The notes beneath the pieces were generated by a model that worked only from the letters and a program-made list of their open reading frames with translations, ran no database searches and was not told the origin of the DNA. 64,000 bases of DNA from an uncultured Bacteroidota bacterium (lineage in GTDB: Bacteria; CLD3; SB21): NCBI GenBank assembly GCA_964602985.1, contig CAZRTJ010000003.1, positions 34,293 through 98,292 of the forward strand, written 5' to 3'. This document shows, one piece after another, positions 57,043-64,000 of this stretch; positions within the stretch are counted from its first letter, which is position 1; every line of letters starts with the position of its first letter. Both the position numbers and the translations under genes were made by a program.

Positions 57043-58213
57043 CGATTTTCACCTGTTTGTCTACGAGGAAACTGACGCCACCGGACACGTACTGTCGGTT
57101 GCTATTCACCACTTCTACGCCGTTCCGATACGGTGAATACTGATAGGCATAGCCGGCCATCACCTTGCATCCAACCTGCGGAATCATGACCTCGGCGCCC
57201 AGCCGCGTGTCCATCGTCGCGCGATACTGCGTGATCAGACGGCTGTTGACTTCCGCATCGATGTCGCGCCCGTTGTCCGTGATCTTCGATCGAAAGCGCG
57301 TTTCGGACCAGTCGACATACTCGACGCTTCCCATCAACGTCGCCTGCTTGAACTTGTAGCTTCCACCCAATTCAAATCGCCACGGGGACGTGATGTGATA
57401 CTTGAGGAAATAGGGATCGTAATATTCTTCTTCGTTCAATCCATCATCGAGAATGTATTCGTAGAAAGAGGAGTTCTCTTCCACATTCAGATAGGTCGGG
57501 GTCGTCACGGTGAGTGCGAGCCGTCCATTCGGTATGGGGCGAAAGAGGGAACCGATCTTCACGTTGACACCGGTGTAACTGGGGTTGATTTCAAACGCGG
57601 CCTGACGCTGTCGAATGTCCAGCAGGATATCATTTTCCGTGTCGTCTTCAAAGTAGTCGACGGCGGCGCGTTGTCGACCCGTCAGGATATTCAGGGAGAC
57701 GCCGATGGAGGTGTTGGCGGAAACATCCAGGGCTCCGGCGAAACTCCATTGCTGCAACCCTCCGTCGATCTGGGTTTCCTCTGATTGCTGGAAATTCTGA
57801 CCGAACACCGTTGGACTTCCCTCGACCCGGTTGTAGATGTCAAAGTGATTGACCCGGTTGTAACCGAGTGCAAAGACCAGACTGCCGCGATCGGTCGGAA
57901 CCGGAAAGACGAGACCAAACGCATTGAGATTCGTAAACCCGCGCGAGTTGTCGGTCAACGTGCCCTGGTACCGGATACGATTATTCAGCGACGAAACGGC
58001 CAGAGAACCGTACACCTCGGATTTCTGGATTTGCGCCAGACCCGCAGGATTCCAATACGTGGCAGTAAAGTCTTCCGCCACAGCGACGTATGCCCCCCCA
58101 ACGGCCATCGCCCGCGCGCCAGGGCCAAACTGGTTATAAAATGGCCGGATGGCGTCCGTCTCGTCCTGCGCCCACAATGAGGCTGCTACCACGAGGAAGG
58201 AAATCGTTTTCAT
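56903..58213 (-). CDS. FadL/TodX-family (PorV-like) outer-membrane beta-barrel protein
   Basis: Signal 'MKTISFLVVAASLWAQ'. 'AMAVGGAYVAVAEDFTATYWNPAGLAQI' contains the NPA motif of the FadL family hatch domain. Ends '...GISYRF'. Confidence 0.65.
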   Translation of the reverse strand: MKTISFLVVAASLWAQDETDAIRPFYNQFGPGARAMAVGGAYVAVAEDFTATYWNPAGLAQIQKSEVYGSLAVSSLNNRIRYQGTLTDNSRGFTNLNAFGLVFPVPTDRGSLVFALGYNRVNHFDIYNRVEGSPTVFGQNFQQSEETQIDGGLQQWSFAGALDVSANTSIGVSLNILTGRQRAAVDYFEDDTENDILLDIRQRQAAFEINPSYTGVNVKIGSLFRPIPNGRLALTVTTPTYLNVEENSSFYEYILDDGLNEEEYYDPYFLKYHITSPWRFELGGSYKFKQATLMGSVEYVDWSETRFRSKITDNGRDIDAEVNSRLITQYRATMDTRLGAEVMIPQVGCKVMAGYAYQYSPYRNGVEVVNSNRQYVSGGVSFLVDKQVKIDAAFQHGWWKQSTTDNLLGTDENGVYFATDEKLHSNRFLVGISYRF

Positions 58214-58216
58214 CGC

Positions 58217-58609
58217 TCAATCCCTTTTGACTTTGATTGAAGTTCTCAGACCAAATCTCCTTCTGCCGTCGGATGGCAGACTCTCCTGGTTCACTTCTTG
58301 GCGCGAGGCGGATCGGGCCGTGTCCGCCGATCCCAAGATCGCGATCGGCTGAGTGGCCACACGAATGGCTCCATTGTCAACAGACTCGCGTGTTGCGATC
58401 CGCTCCTTGGGAACATCGCTCATCTCTTCGCGTGTATTTGAGAGGCGGAAGAGAGGTTTATACGAAGGTTCATAATACGACGCTGTCTCCCGGATATGGC
58501 GATCCCTCCAATCCATTTCACGATTCATTCCTGCATTGTCCGCCGGTCGGACAAATGCCGTGTAACAGCCTGTCAGTCCGAATCCGATGCACCCGATCCA
58601 GAGTCTCAT
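58217..58609 (-). CDS. Small lipoprotein, unknown function
   Basis: Lipobox 'GFGLTGC'. 130 aa. Its start overlaps the stop of the upstream lipoprotein gene (ATGA). Confidence 0.4.
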   Translation of the reverse strand: MRLWIGCIGFGLTGCYTAFVRPADNAGMNREMDWRDRHIRETASYYEPSYKPLFRLSNTREEMSDVPKERIATRESVDNGAIRVATQPIAILGSADTARSASRQEVNQESLPSDGRRRFGLRTSIKVKRD

Positions 58610-59385
58610 CGCGACCTCCGCCCCGAGCGTTCGGATCGCGACTCCCCTGAGCGAGAGTTTCCGGAACCGCGCGACCGCTCACCCTGCGATCCACCTCGAT
58701 AGTTGCGTTGTCCGCCTCGGTCCGCATCACGTGTCTGTCCGGATCGCGACGAGCCAGACTCCCCGCGGTAATTTCGACTCCCGGAGTTCCCGCGCGCTGT
58801 CTCCTTGCTGCGGCTTTCCTGACCTCCGCCGCGTACATCCTGGTTCCCGCCCAGACTGCTTTTCTTGTCGTTTTCGACCGACACACCTGCCGCCGCCGTT
58901 CGATACCGCGGTTTGGACAGGACCGGACGTCGACTCGTGACCGAGCGGGACGATGCATGCGACGTGGCATTGACGACAGACCCACGTAAACCAAAATCAC
59001 GTCGCGAGTCACGAGTGGGGTAACCGGGGACATGAGGAGGAATGTATCCGGTCGGATAGCGGCAACCGTACCAGTAATAGTCGTAATAGGGATATCCAAC
59101 TCCATACCAGTACGGATCATAGACGGCCACGTATCCCGGCGCAAAAGAAATCCACGGATAGGGAATATACCACGGCGACTCATAATACCGTTGGATGATG
59201 ACGGTCTTCTCAGATTCTCCCTCAGTGGTTTGGTCCGTAGTGGAGTCAAGCGGCTCCTCGGCCGCGCTGTCTTCAAAATCAGAGTAGTAAGCCTGACTTT
59301 GGTGGATGACCGTGTAACACCCGGACCATGCAAACAGCGCGAACGTAAACGCGCCGACGAGTAGTACATGCTTGCCCTGGTTCAT
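58606..59385 (-). CDS. Lipoprotein with Tyr/Pro/Trp-rich segment and RGG/SR-rich low-complexity C-terminal tail
   Basis: A GGAGG Shine-Dalgarno lies 6 nt upstream of the ATG at 59385. Signal and lipobox 'MNQGKHVLLVGAFTFALFAWSGC'. 'PWYIPYPWISFAPGYVAVYDPYWYGVGYPYYDYYWYGCRYPTGYIPPHVPGYP'. A tail of RNYRGESGSSRSG / RNYRGGSQGERSRGSG repeats ending 'SGRRSR'. Confidence 0.5.
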   Translation of the reverse strand: MNQGKHVLLVGAFTFALFAWSGCYTVIHQSQAYYSDFEDSAAEEPLDSTTDQTTEGESEKTVIIQRYYESPWYIPYPWISFAPGYVAVYDPYWYGVGYPYYDYYWYGCRYPTGYIPPHVPGYPTRDSRRDFGLRGSVVNATSHASSRSVTSRRPVLSKPRYRTAAAGVSVENDKKSSLGGNQDVRGGGQESRSKETARGNSGSRNYRGESGSSRSGQTRDADRGGQRNYRGGSQGERSRGSGNSRSGESRSERSGRRSR

Positions 59386-59483
59386 AACGCCTCCTGTCTT
59401 GTCAGGATAATGGTAAGACACTGTGACTATATTGTCAACATTTTTGTTTACTATTTTTGACATTGTTTCAGCCTGACGTTTGG

Positions 59484-59517
59484 GGAAAAAGCAAAAGGCA
59501 GACCAAGCGGTCTGCCT
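59484..59517 (-). terminator. Intrinsic terminator after the OM beta-barrel gene
   Basis: Minus-strand RNA folds AGGCAGACC-GCUU-GGUCUGCCU followed by UUUUGCUUUUUCCCC. Confidence 0.55.
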
Positions 59518-59587
59518 TCATATTCTCAATAGTTTAGATGCTGTCTACATCGTGAATACCGTGGCCTTCTCGATTGATTCCTTCACA

Positions 59588-60370
59588 CTAGAACGTATCC
59601 ACAAACGAGACTCGAAATTCCCGTGAGAACTTACCCTGTTCTTTCGAGTTGTTTAGCACATCACGAACCATGAATTCCAACTGAAGTTGCCCGTTGAAAT
59701 TCAACTTGGCACCCAGATTGAGGTATCCGCGACCGTGACCGACCCAGTCCTTATTATCGTTCCAGCCAAAGTCGTATTCTCCGACCACCGACAGTTCCTC
59801 GTTGATGCTCTTGTCCGCACCGACAAAGAGATTGATGTCTTTGTCCTTGTCCTTCTTCTCCGTGATTGACCAATTCACGCCGCCGTGGAAGCCCAGGTTC
59901 CCCATGAATTGATAATTCTTACTGGCAACAACGAAGAATCCTTTTGACTTCTGGGTGTACCGTTCGACCTTCACCGTATCGATTTTTTCAATGTATCGCC
60001 CGAACCCCTGGTTGGAGAATCCCACGGTGACGGCGGGCCCGCCAAACGTCTCTTCCAGCGCACGGTATCGGACGTCAACACCCGGCAGAGGATTGAAATC
60101 GACCGAGCCGGTCCCGACAAACCGTTCCCCACCCCATGAAATCCCAAACATGAATCGGTTCGTCATCCCCACCTGGACCTGACCCAACATGCCGCCATTG
60201 GCAAAAAGGCGCATGCCCACCTCGTACTGACCCTTCTTCAACACTCCGGCGGTCGGCGCATCCACCAGAAAGCGCGGTTCGACCCGCGAAGAAGCATCCT
60301 CGCCCGAAGAAGAATCCTGCGCCGAAGCGACGGCGCCGCACAACGCAATCAGTAGCACGAACTGTTTCAT
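59588..60370 (-). CDS. Outer-membrane beta-barrel protein (porin-like), unknown family
   Basis: A GGAGG Shine-Dalgarno lies 7 nt upstream. Signal 'MKQFVLLIALCGAVASAQD'. Amphipathic beta-strand periodicity. C-terminal '...RVSFVDTF' with terminal Phe. Confidence 0.6.
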   Translation of the reverse strand: MKQFVLLIALCGAVASAQDSSSGEDASSRVEPRFLVDAPTAGVLKKGQYEVGMRLFANGGMLGQVQVGMTNRFMFGISWGGERFVGTGSVDFNPLPGVDVRYRALEETFGGPAVTVGFSNQGFGRYIEKIDTVKVERYTQKSKGFFVVASKNYQFMGNLGFHGGVNWSITEKKDKDKDINLFVGADKSINEELSVVGEYDFGWNDNKDWVGHGRGYLNLGAKLNFNGQLQLEFMVRDVLNNSKEQGKFSREFRVSFVDTF

Positions 60371-60394
60371 ACAATCCTCCGTTTGTCCCTCGAC

Positions 60395-61636
60395 TTACTT
60401 ACACGGATTCGGATAATCCCGATCCGGCATCCATGCATAGCACCCGCTGGTCTTCAGTTTACCCAAACTCCCCAGGAAACAATCCGATTTGGTCGGTCCG
60501 TTTTGACGGCAAAAGCTCGCCATGGATTTCGCATTGGCATCGACATCGGGAAATTGAGCGGCCTGGTCAAAGTACTTCGCCGCGACCAGATACGCTTCCT
60601 TGGCTGGAATGTCCAGGACATTGCCGGAGCAGGCCTTGATGCCGTCGCGGATCGCTTCGCCGATCAGGTAATACGGCAAACCGAATTTCTTCAGCTCCTT
60701 CGCCTTCAACGCCAGATCCCAGGTTCGCGCCGGCTTGCCGTCATCCAGATACAGCCGCGCCAGCTTGCAAATCAAATCGGCGTCGTTGCCGTCGATCTCA
60801 TACGCCTTGTTCATCGCCTCGATGGCTTCCGTCCGTTTTTGCAGCGCATCCAGCGCCTCACCCTTTTTCATCCACGCGTTCTTGCTCTTGGCGTCCGTGG
60901 CGATAATCTCATCGGCAACCTTGATGGCGTCTTCGTACTTGCCCTGTTTGATCAAGGCATCCAGTTTCTCACCGATGTAGAAATCCTTGCTGGCGTTGGG
61001 GTTGTAGTACGCAAACGTGTCGCACGCCGCCAGCCAATCATCCTTGCCCAGGTATTTGATATAAAAATTCTTGAACGCATCCAGCAGGTACTTCCAGGTC
61101 TCCTCGTCCTTCGGCTGACGCTTCAGATACTCTTTGTAGGTCATGACCGCATCCTTGTACTTGGCGGCTTCCACCCACATGCCGGCAATTCGCTTGAGCT
61201 CTTCATCCGAACCGGACAATTCCCAGTATTGTCGGTAATAATACGCCGCGGAGTCAAACTTCAGAAGCTGTTTGTGGTACATTTCCCCAATCTTATAAAT
61301 ATAATTTATGTCGCCGAGATCCCGGAATCCGGATTTGTACACCATCACGGCGCTGTCCGCAAATTTGAGATGGACGTAGCTGTCAGCAATCTTGTCGTAC
61401 ACCGTCGAGAAGGAACGTTTCTCCTTTTCTGGCCGCAATTGCTTGTCGCACTCCATCGCGCGATACAAATACGGAATCGCGTTGGCGTACTCCTGATTTT
61501 TCCAATACTCGTATCCCGTACTCCACGTCTTCAGACACTCAAACTCCGGAGTACCCTCTTTGACACCTTGGCCGGCCAGCGGCGCACTCAACCCGGCTAT
61601 GATCCAGATGCCGACAAGGCTCTTGGCAATTCTCAT
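60395..61636 (-). CDS. Secreted TPR-repeat protein
   Basis: An AAGGAG Shine-Dalgarno lies 8 nt upstream of the ATG at 61636. Signal 'MRIAKSLVGIWIIAGLSAPLAGQG'. Multiple TPR-like helical pairs rich in Y/K/A (YKDAVMTYKEYLKRQP, YEDAIKVADEIIATD, AIEAMNKAYEIDGND). The ORF-track start at 61828 is probably an over-extension. Confidence 0.6.
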   Translation of the reverse strand: MRIAKSLVGIWIIAGLSAPLAGQGVKEGTPEFECLKTWSTGYEYWKNQEYANAIPYLYRAMECDKQLRPEKEKRSFSTVYDKIADSYVHLKFADSAVMVYKSGFRDLGDINYIYKIGEMYHKQLLKFDSAAYYYRQYWELSGSDEELKRIAGMWVEAAKYKDAVMTYKEYLKRQPKDEETWKYLLDAFKNFYIKYLGKDDWLAACDTFAYYNPNASKDFYIGEKLDALIKQGKYEDAIKVADEIIATDAKSKNAWMKKGEALDALQKRTEAIEAMNKAYEIDGNDADLICKLARLYLDDGKPARTWDLALKAKELKKFGLPYYLIGEAIRDGIKACSGNVLDIPAKEAYLVAAKYFDQAAQFPDVDANAKSMASFCRQNGPTKSDCFLGSLGKLKTSGCYAWMPDRDYPNPCK

Positions 61637-61664
61637 ATCTCTGCTCCTTGCGTAATAAAAGACA

Positions 61665-62849
61665 CTAACGACGGCGACGTTTCTGAAACCACTTTTCGCC
61701 TGCCGATATCGATAACACAAAACGATAAACAAAATCTCGCACTTGGGTCTCTCCCACCGACCCTCTTTTCCCAAATTCGAACGCAACATCGACCGAATGA
61801 CGACCTTTCGCAAACGGCAGACCGACACCTGCCGTCACAAACGCCTCGTTGGCAAACTTGCCGACAGCATTGCGCTGGTACAGATTCTGAACATAGAATC
61901 CAAGACGATAGTCCGCACGCCTGAGGAGCGAGGCCAGAATATTGGAGCTGCCTTTTCGTTCCGCTCCCACGCCGACCCTCCAGGCGTTTCGAAACTTGTC
62001 GCCGGTCAAGCCGGCGCCGTTCCATGCGCCATACGTGACGTCCAGGCCGGCCAGGTATCCGGGCTTCACTTCCATCATTCCCCCAAATCCAACTTCGAAT
62101 GGAAACTTCATGTCCCGATTGGCGATCGCCGTCGTGTCTTCGAGAGCCGAATAACCCGTCACATCGTTTGAAAAAGTCGCCGACGTGGAAGCGAAGGCTC
62201 CCGCGCTGAACTTCGCACTGCGATGGAGCACGCCAAACGTCCAGCGGGCTCCTTGAATATGCTCCTCCAGACGATCCCGAGTATCCACAAAGGCACCGTC
62301 ATCCCAATTGACATTCCAGCGCCGATTGATGGTCCCAAACATATAATGGCCCGACAATCCCGCCGACCATCGATCGTCGATCCGATACGCCGCACTCAAT
62401 GAGAGTCCCTGAATACCTCCGTCTCCCTGCAGTCGTTCCCGGTAGGTTTGACCCTGGAACGAGCCGTCCTCGAAAACATAATCATAGTCCACGCGACTGA
62501 ACCGGTAGAGGGTCATCGAGGCGGCCAGACGGCTGCCGAACGGAATTCCGATGATGGCCTGTCCGACATTCGTCGTACTCGAAAATGCACTCCTCGTGCC
62601 GTTACTCACTCCCAGTCCCTCGTAAAAGACCAGTCCGTCGAACCGCACCATGTCCAAGCCAATCAAACCGGCTGGATTGTAGTAATTGACATAACTCCCG
62701 CTCGGCATCGCGATGAAAATTCCACCCATTCCAGCAGACCGTCCGTTGCGAAATCCCTGCGACAATCCGAAGCCCGCGGAAGAAAAAGACGATCCACCGG
62801 CGTGGACAGCCACTGAACATATGCCAAGGAGAAAGAAAATCCGTTTCAT
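61665..62849 (-). CDS. FadL-family outer-membrane protein of PorV/LptO size (possible T9SS PorV)
   Basis: Signal 'MKRIFFLLGICSVAVHA'. 'GMGGIFIAMPSGSYVNYYNPAGLIGL' carries the NPA hatch motif. 394 aa, the typical PorV length. Its start overlaps the stop of the upstream partial gene (ATGA). Confidence 0.55.
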   Translation of the reverse strand: MKRIFFLLGICSVAVHAGGSSFSSAGFGLSQGFRNGRSAGMGGIFIAMPSGSYVNYYNPAGLIGLDMVRFDGLVFYEGLGVSNGTRSAFSSTTNVGQAIIGIPFGSRLAASMTLYRFSRVDYDYVFEDGSFQGQTYRERLQGDGGIQGLSLSAAYRIDDRWSAGLSGHYMFGTINRRWNVNWDDGAFVDTRDRLEEHIQGARWTFGVLHRSAKFSAGAFASTSATFSNDVTGYSALEDTTAIANRDMKFPFEVGFGGMMEVKPGYLAGLDVTYGAWNGAGLTGDKFRNAWRVGVGAERKGSSNILASLLRRADYRLGFYVQNLYQRNAVGKFANEAFVTAGVGLPFAKGRHSVDVAFEFGKRGSVGETQVRDFVYRFVLSISAGEKWFQKRRRR

Positions 62850-64000
62850 TCGTCTTGAATTTGGGGTGGAAGTGTGTAGTAAACGACGATCTTGGGCGAA
62901 ACATTCGGATCATTGGGATCCAGACGCAATCGGATTCGATACAGCTTTGAGAAGTCCCCAGGTCGGGAGAATTGTGAACCGTTGTACAAAATCAAGCCGT
63001 TATTGTCTGCGTTGCCTGCGGCCCAGGCTTGGAACAATGAAGTGACACTCAAGCGCACCGTATCGCCACCGGCCGAAGTCTGCCCGAGCAGAGTCAATAG
63101 GAGCGTCTCTCCCGGCGCCCATTCCGCAGGGGCCGTCCCAAGCTGCGCACTCTGGACGAACGCTGTGTCACCAGTTGCAAAACGATAATCTCCGGCGGGA
63201 TCCCTCAGCGCAACCAGATCCGCGCGATTCACGGTCGCCGAGGATGGAATCCTGACAGTCGAGAATCTCATCAGCGAGTGATACGGAAGTCCGCCGCCGA
63301 TCGTCAGCGTTGTTGGATCTTGGGGCGAGCGATCCCGGTATAGAAATCCCTGAAAACCTCCGCTAAAACCACTGAACGTGATCGGCGCAATATCCCGAAC
63401 CTCGATCTCTGAACTGCCCTCCCGCTGAAACGTCAATCGAAGCCGTACCGCAAAACTCGTATCAGGAACTCCCGACGAATTCAACACATAGGCAGAGTAG
63501 AACTGCTGCACAAATGCCGCCGACGGGTCAAAATCCATCAAAAGGCCGTAGTTCGTGTAATTCGTGTCGCTCACTGCGCGGATCCAATTCTGCACCGTAT
63601 CTGCGGGAACGGCAATTTCGAACCGACTCCCTACCGCATCCGCCGCCGTCAGCGTCGCCTGCGAAATGACGTCTCCATAATCCGCACCTGCTTGAAAGCG
63701 ATTCCAAAACATCTGGGACGTCGTCCAGTTGCGCTGGATCGAATGCATCGTCACCGGAAAAGACCCGGCGCTGCCATAGTATTTTCTCGGAACCATTTCA
63801 ATCTTCGCCGCCAAGATCGTTGCATCGTCCAACGTACTCGGTATCGTAAACCGCAGCAGGATCCGGAAATCCATGTTGTCTACGGATCCGAGATACAGCG
63901 TATTCGCATTGCCCGTCGAAACGGAATCCATGAAGGACCGATGGTCCGTCAAGTCTCCCACATCCAGCGTATCCACATGGAGCGAGCCCGTCGACGAACC
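62846..64000 (-). CDS. C-terminal part of a large secreted/cell-surface protein (5' end beyond the window); possible PorU-like partner of the PorV-like gene
   Basis: The frame is open to the window edge (no stop upstream of 63976). Beta-rich composition, ends '...VVYYTLPPQIQDE'. Its position directly upstream of a PorV-size FadL-like gene mirrors the conserved porU-porV arrangement. Confidence 0.4.
   Translation of the reverse strand, partial: GSSTGSLHVDTLDVGDLTDHRSFMDSVSTGNANTLYLGSVDNMDFRILLRFTIPSTLDDATILAAKIEMVPRKYYGSAGSFPVTMHSIQRNWTTSQMFWNRFQAGADYGDVISQATLTAADAVGSRFEIAVPADTVQNWIRAVSDTNYTNYGLLMDFDPSAAFVQQFYSAYVLNSSGVPDTSFAVRLRLTFQREGSSEIEVRDIAPITFSGFSGGFQGFLYRDRSPQDPTTLTIGGGLPYHSLMRFSTVRIPSSATVNRADLVALRDPAGDYRFATGDTAFVQSAQLGTAPAEWAPGETLLLTLLGQTSAGGDTVRLSVTSLFQAWAAGNADNNGLILYNGSQFSRPGDFSKLYRIRLRLDPNDPNVSPKIVVYYTLPPQIQDE

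Noticed and set aside
1-64000. Mobile elements / prophage / defence islands
   Set aside because: No transposase, integrase, phage structural or restriction-modification/abortive-infection signatures were recognised in any frame. The window looks like core chromosome.

Overview
This 64-kb window is a high-GC (about 60% by eye), gene-dense chromosomal segment, most likely from a bacterium of the FCB group (Bacteroidota/Chlorobi-like); Shine-Dalgarno sites (AGGAG/GGAGG) are used. The lineage call rests on several markers: a type-IX-secretion (T9SS) C-terminal sorting domain on one large secreted protein, FadL/PorV-like outer-membrane proteins, BatD/BatE aerotolerance-type proteins, a SusC-type TonB-dependent receptor plug, and several overlapping start/stop junctions (ATGA). 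I call about 55 CDS. There are no rRNA or tRNA genes, no CRISPR array and no recognisable transposase.

Housekeeping genes that are clear from motifs: plsY, rdgB, ftsE, accC, glpD, moaA, ndk, cinA, murA, murI, marC, comEC, a GH3 NagZ-like hydrolase and a MoxR ATPase. There is a rich signalling complement: a roughly 1300-aa multi-PAS hybrid histidine kinase, a 7TM-GAF histidine kinase with a sigma-54 NtrC-type regulator, a standalone Hpt protein, and a REC-DUF4388 regulator.

Features that deserve a second look:
- An orphan EutN/CcmL (bacterial microcompartment vertex) homologue translationally coupled between cinA and a MurA that carries Asp in place of the fosfomycin-target cysteine.
- A 1097-aa protein fusing a HEXXH peptidase_MA-like domain, a TolB-type beta-propeller and an Omp85-type beta-barrel.
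- A roughly 17-kb, 15-gene minus-strand array with almost no intergenic space (FadL-like OMP, M28 peptidase, BatD, BatE, ComEC, 7TM-GAF kinase, sigma-54 regulator, MurI, MarC, lipoprotein, HEAT protein, symporter, TonB receptor).
- A membrane protein/DUF4129/DUF4350/MoxR module with no DUF58/vWA partner.
- A lipoprotein with a Tyr/Pro/Trp-rich segment and an RGG/SR-rich tail.
- A 400-bp structured divergent intergenic region upstream of moaA containing a perfect 13-bp inverted repeat and three GGCTAAAGCC palindromes at about 46-bp spacing.

All functional calls are from motif recognition by eye. No database searches were run.
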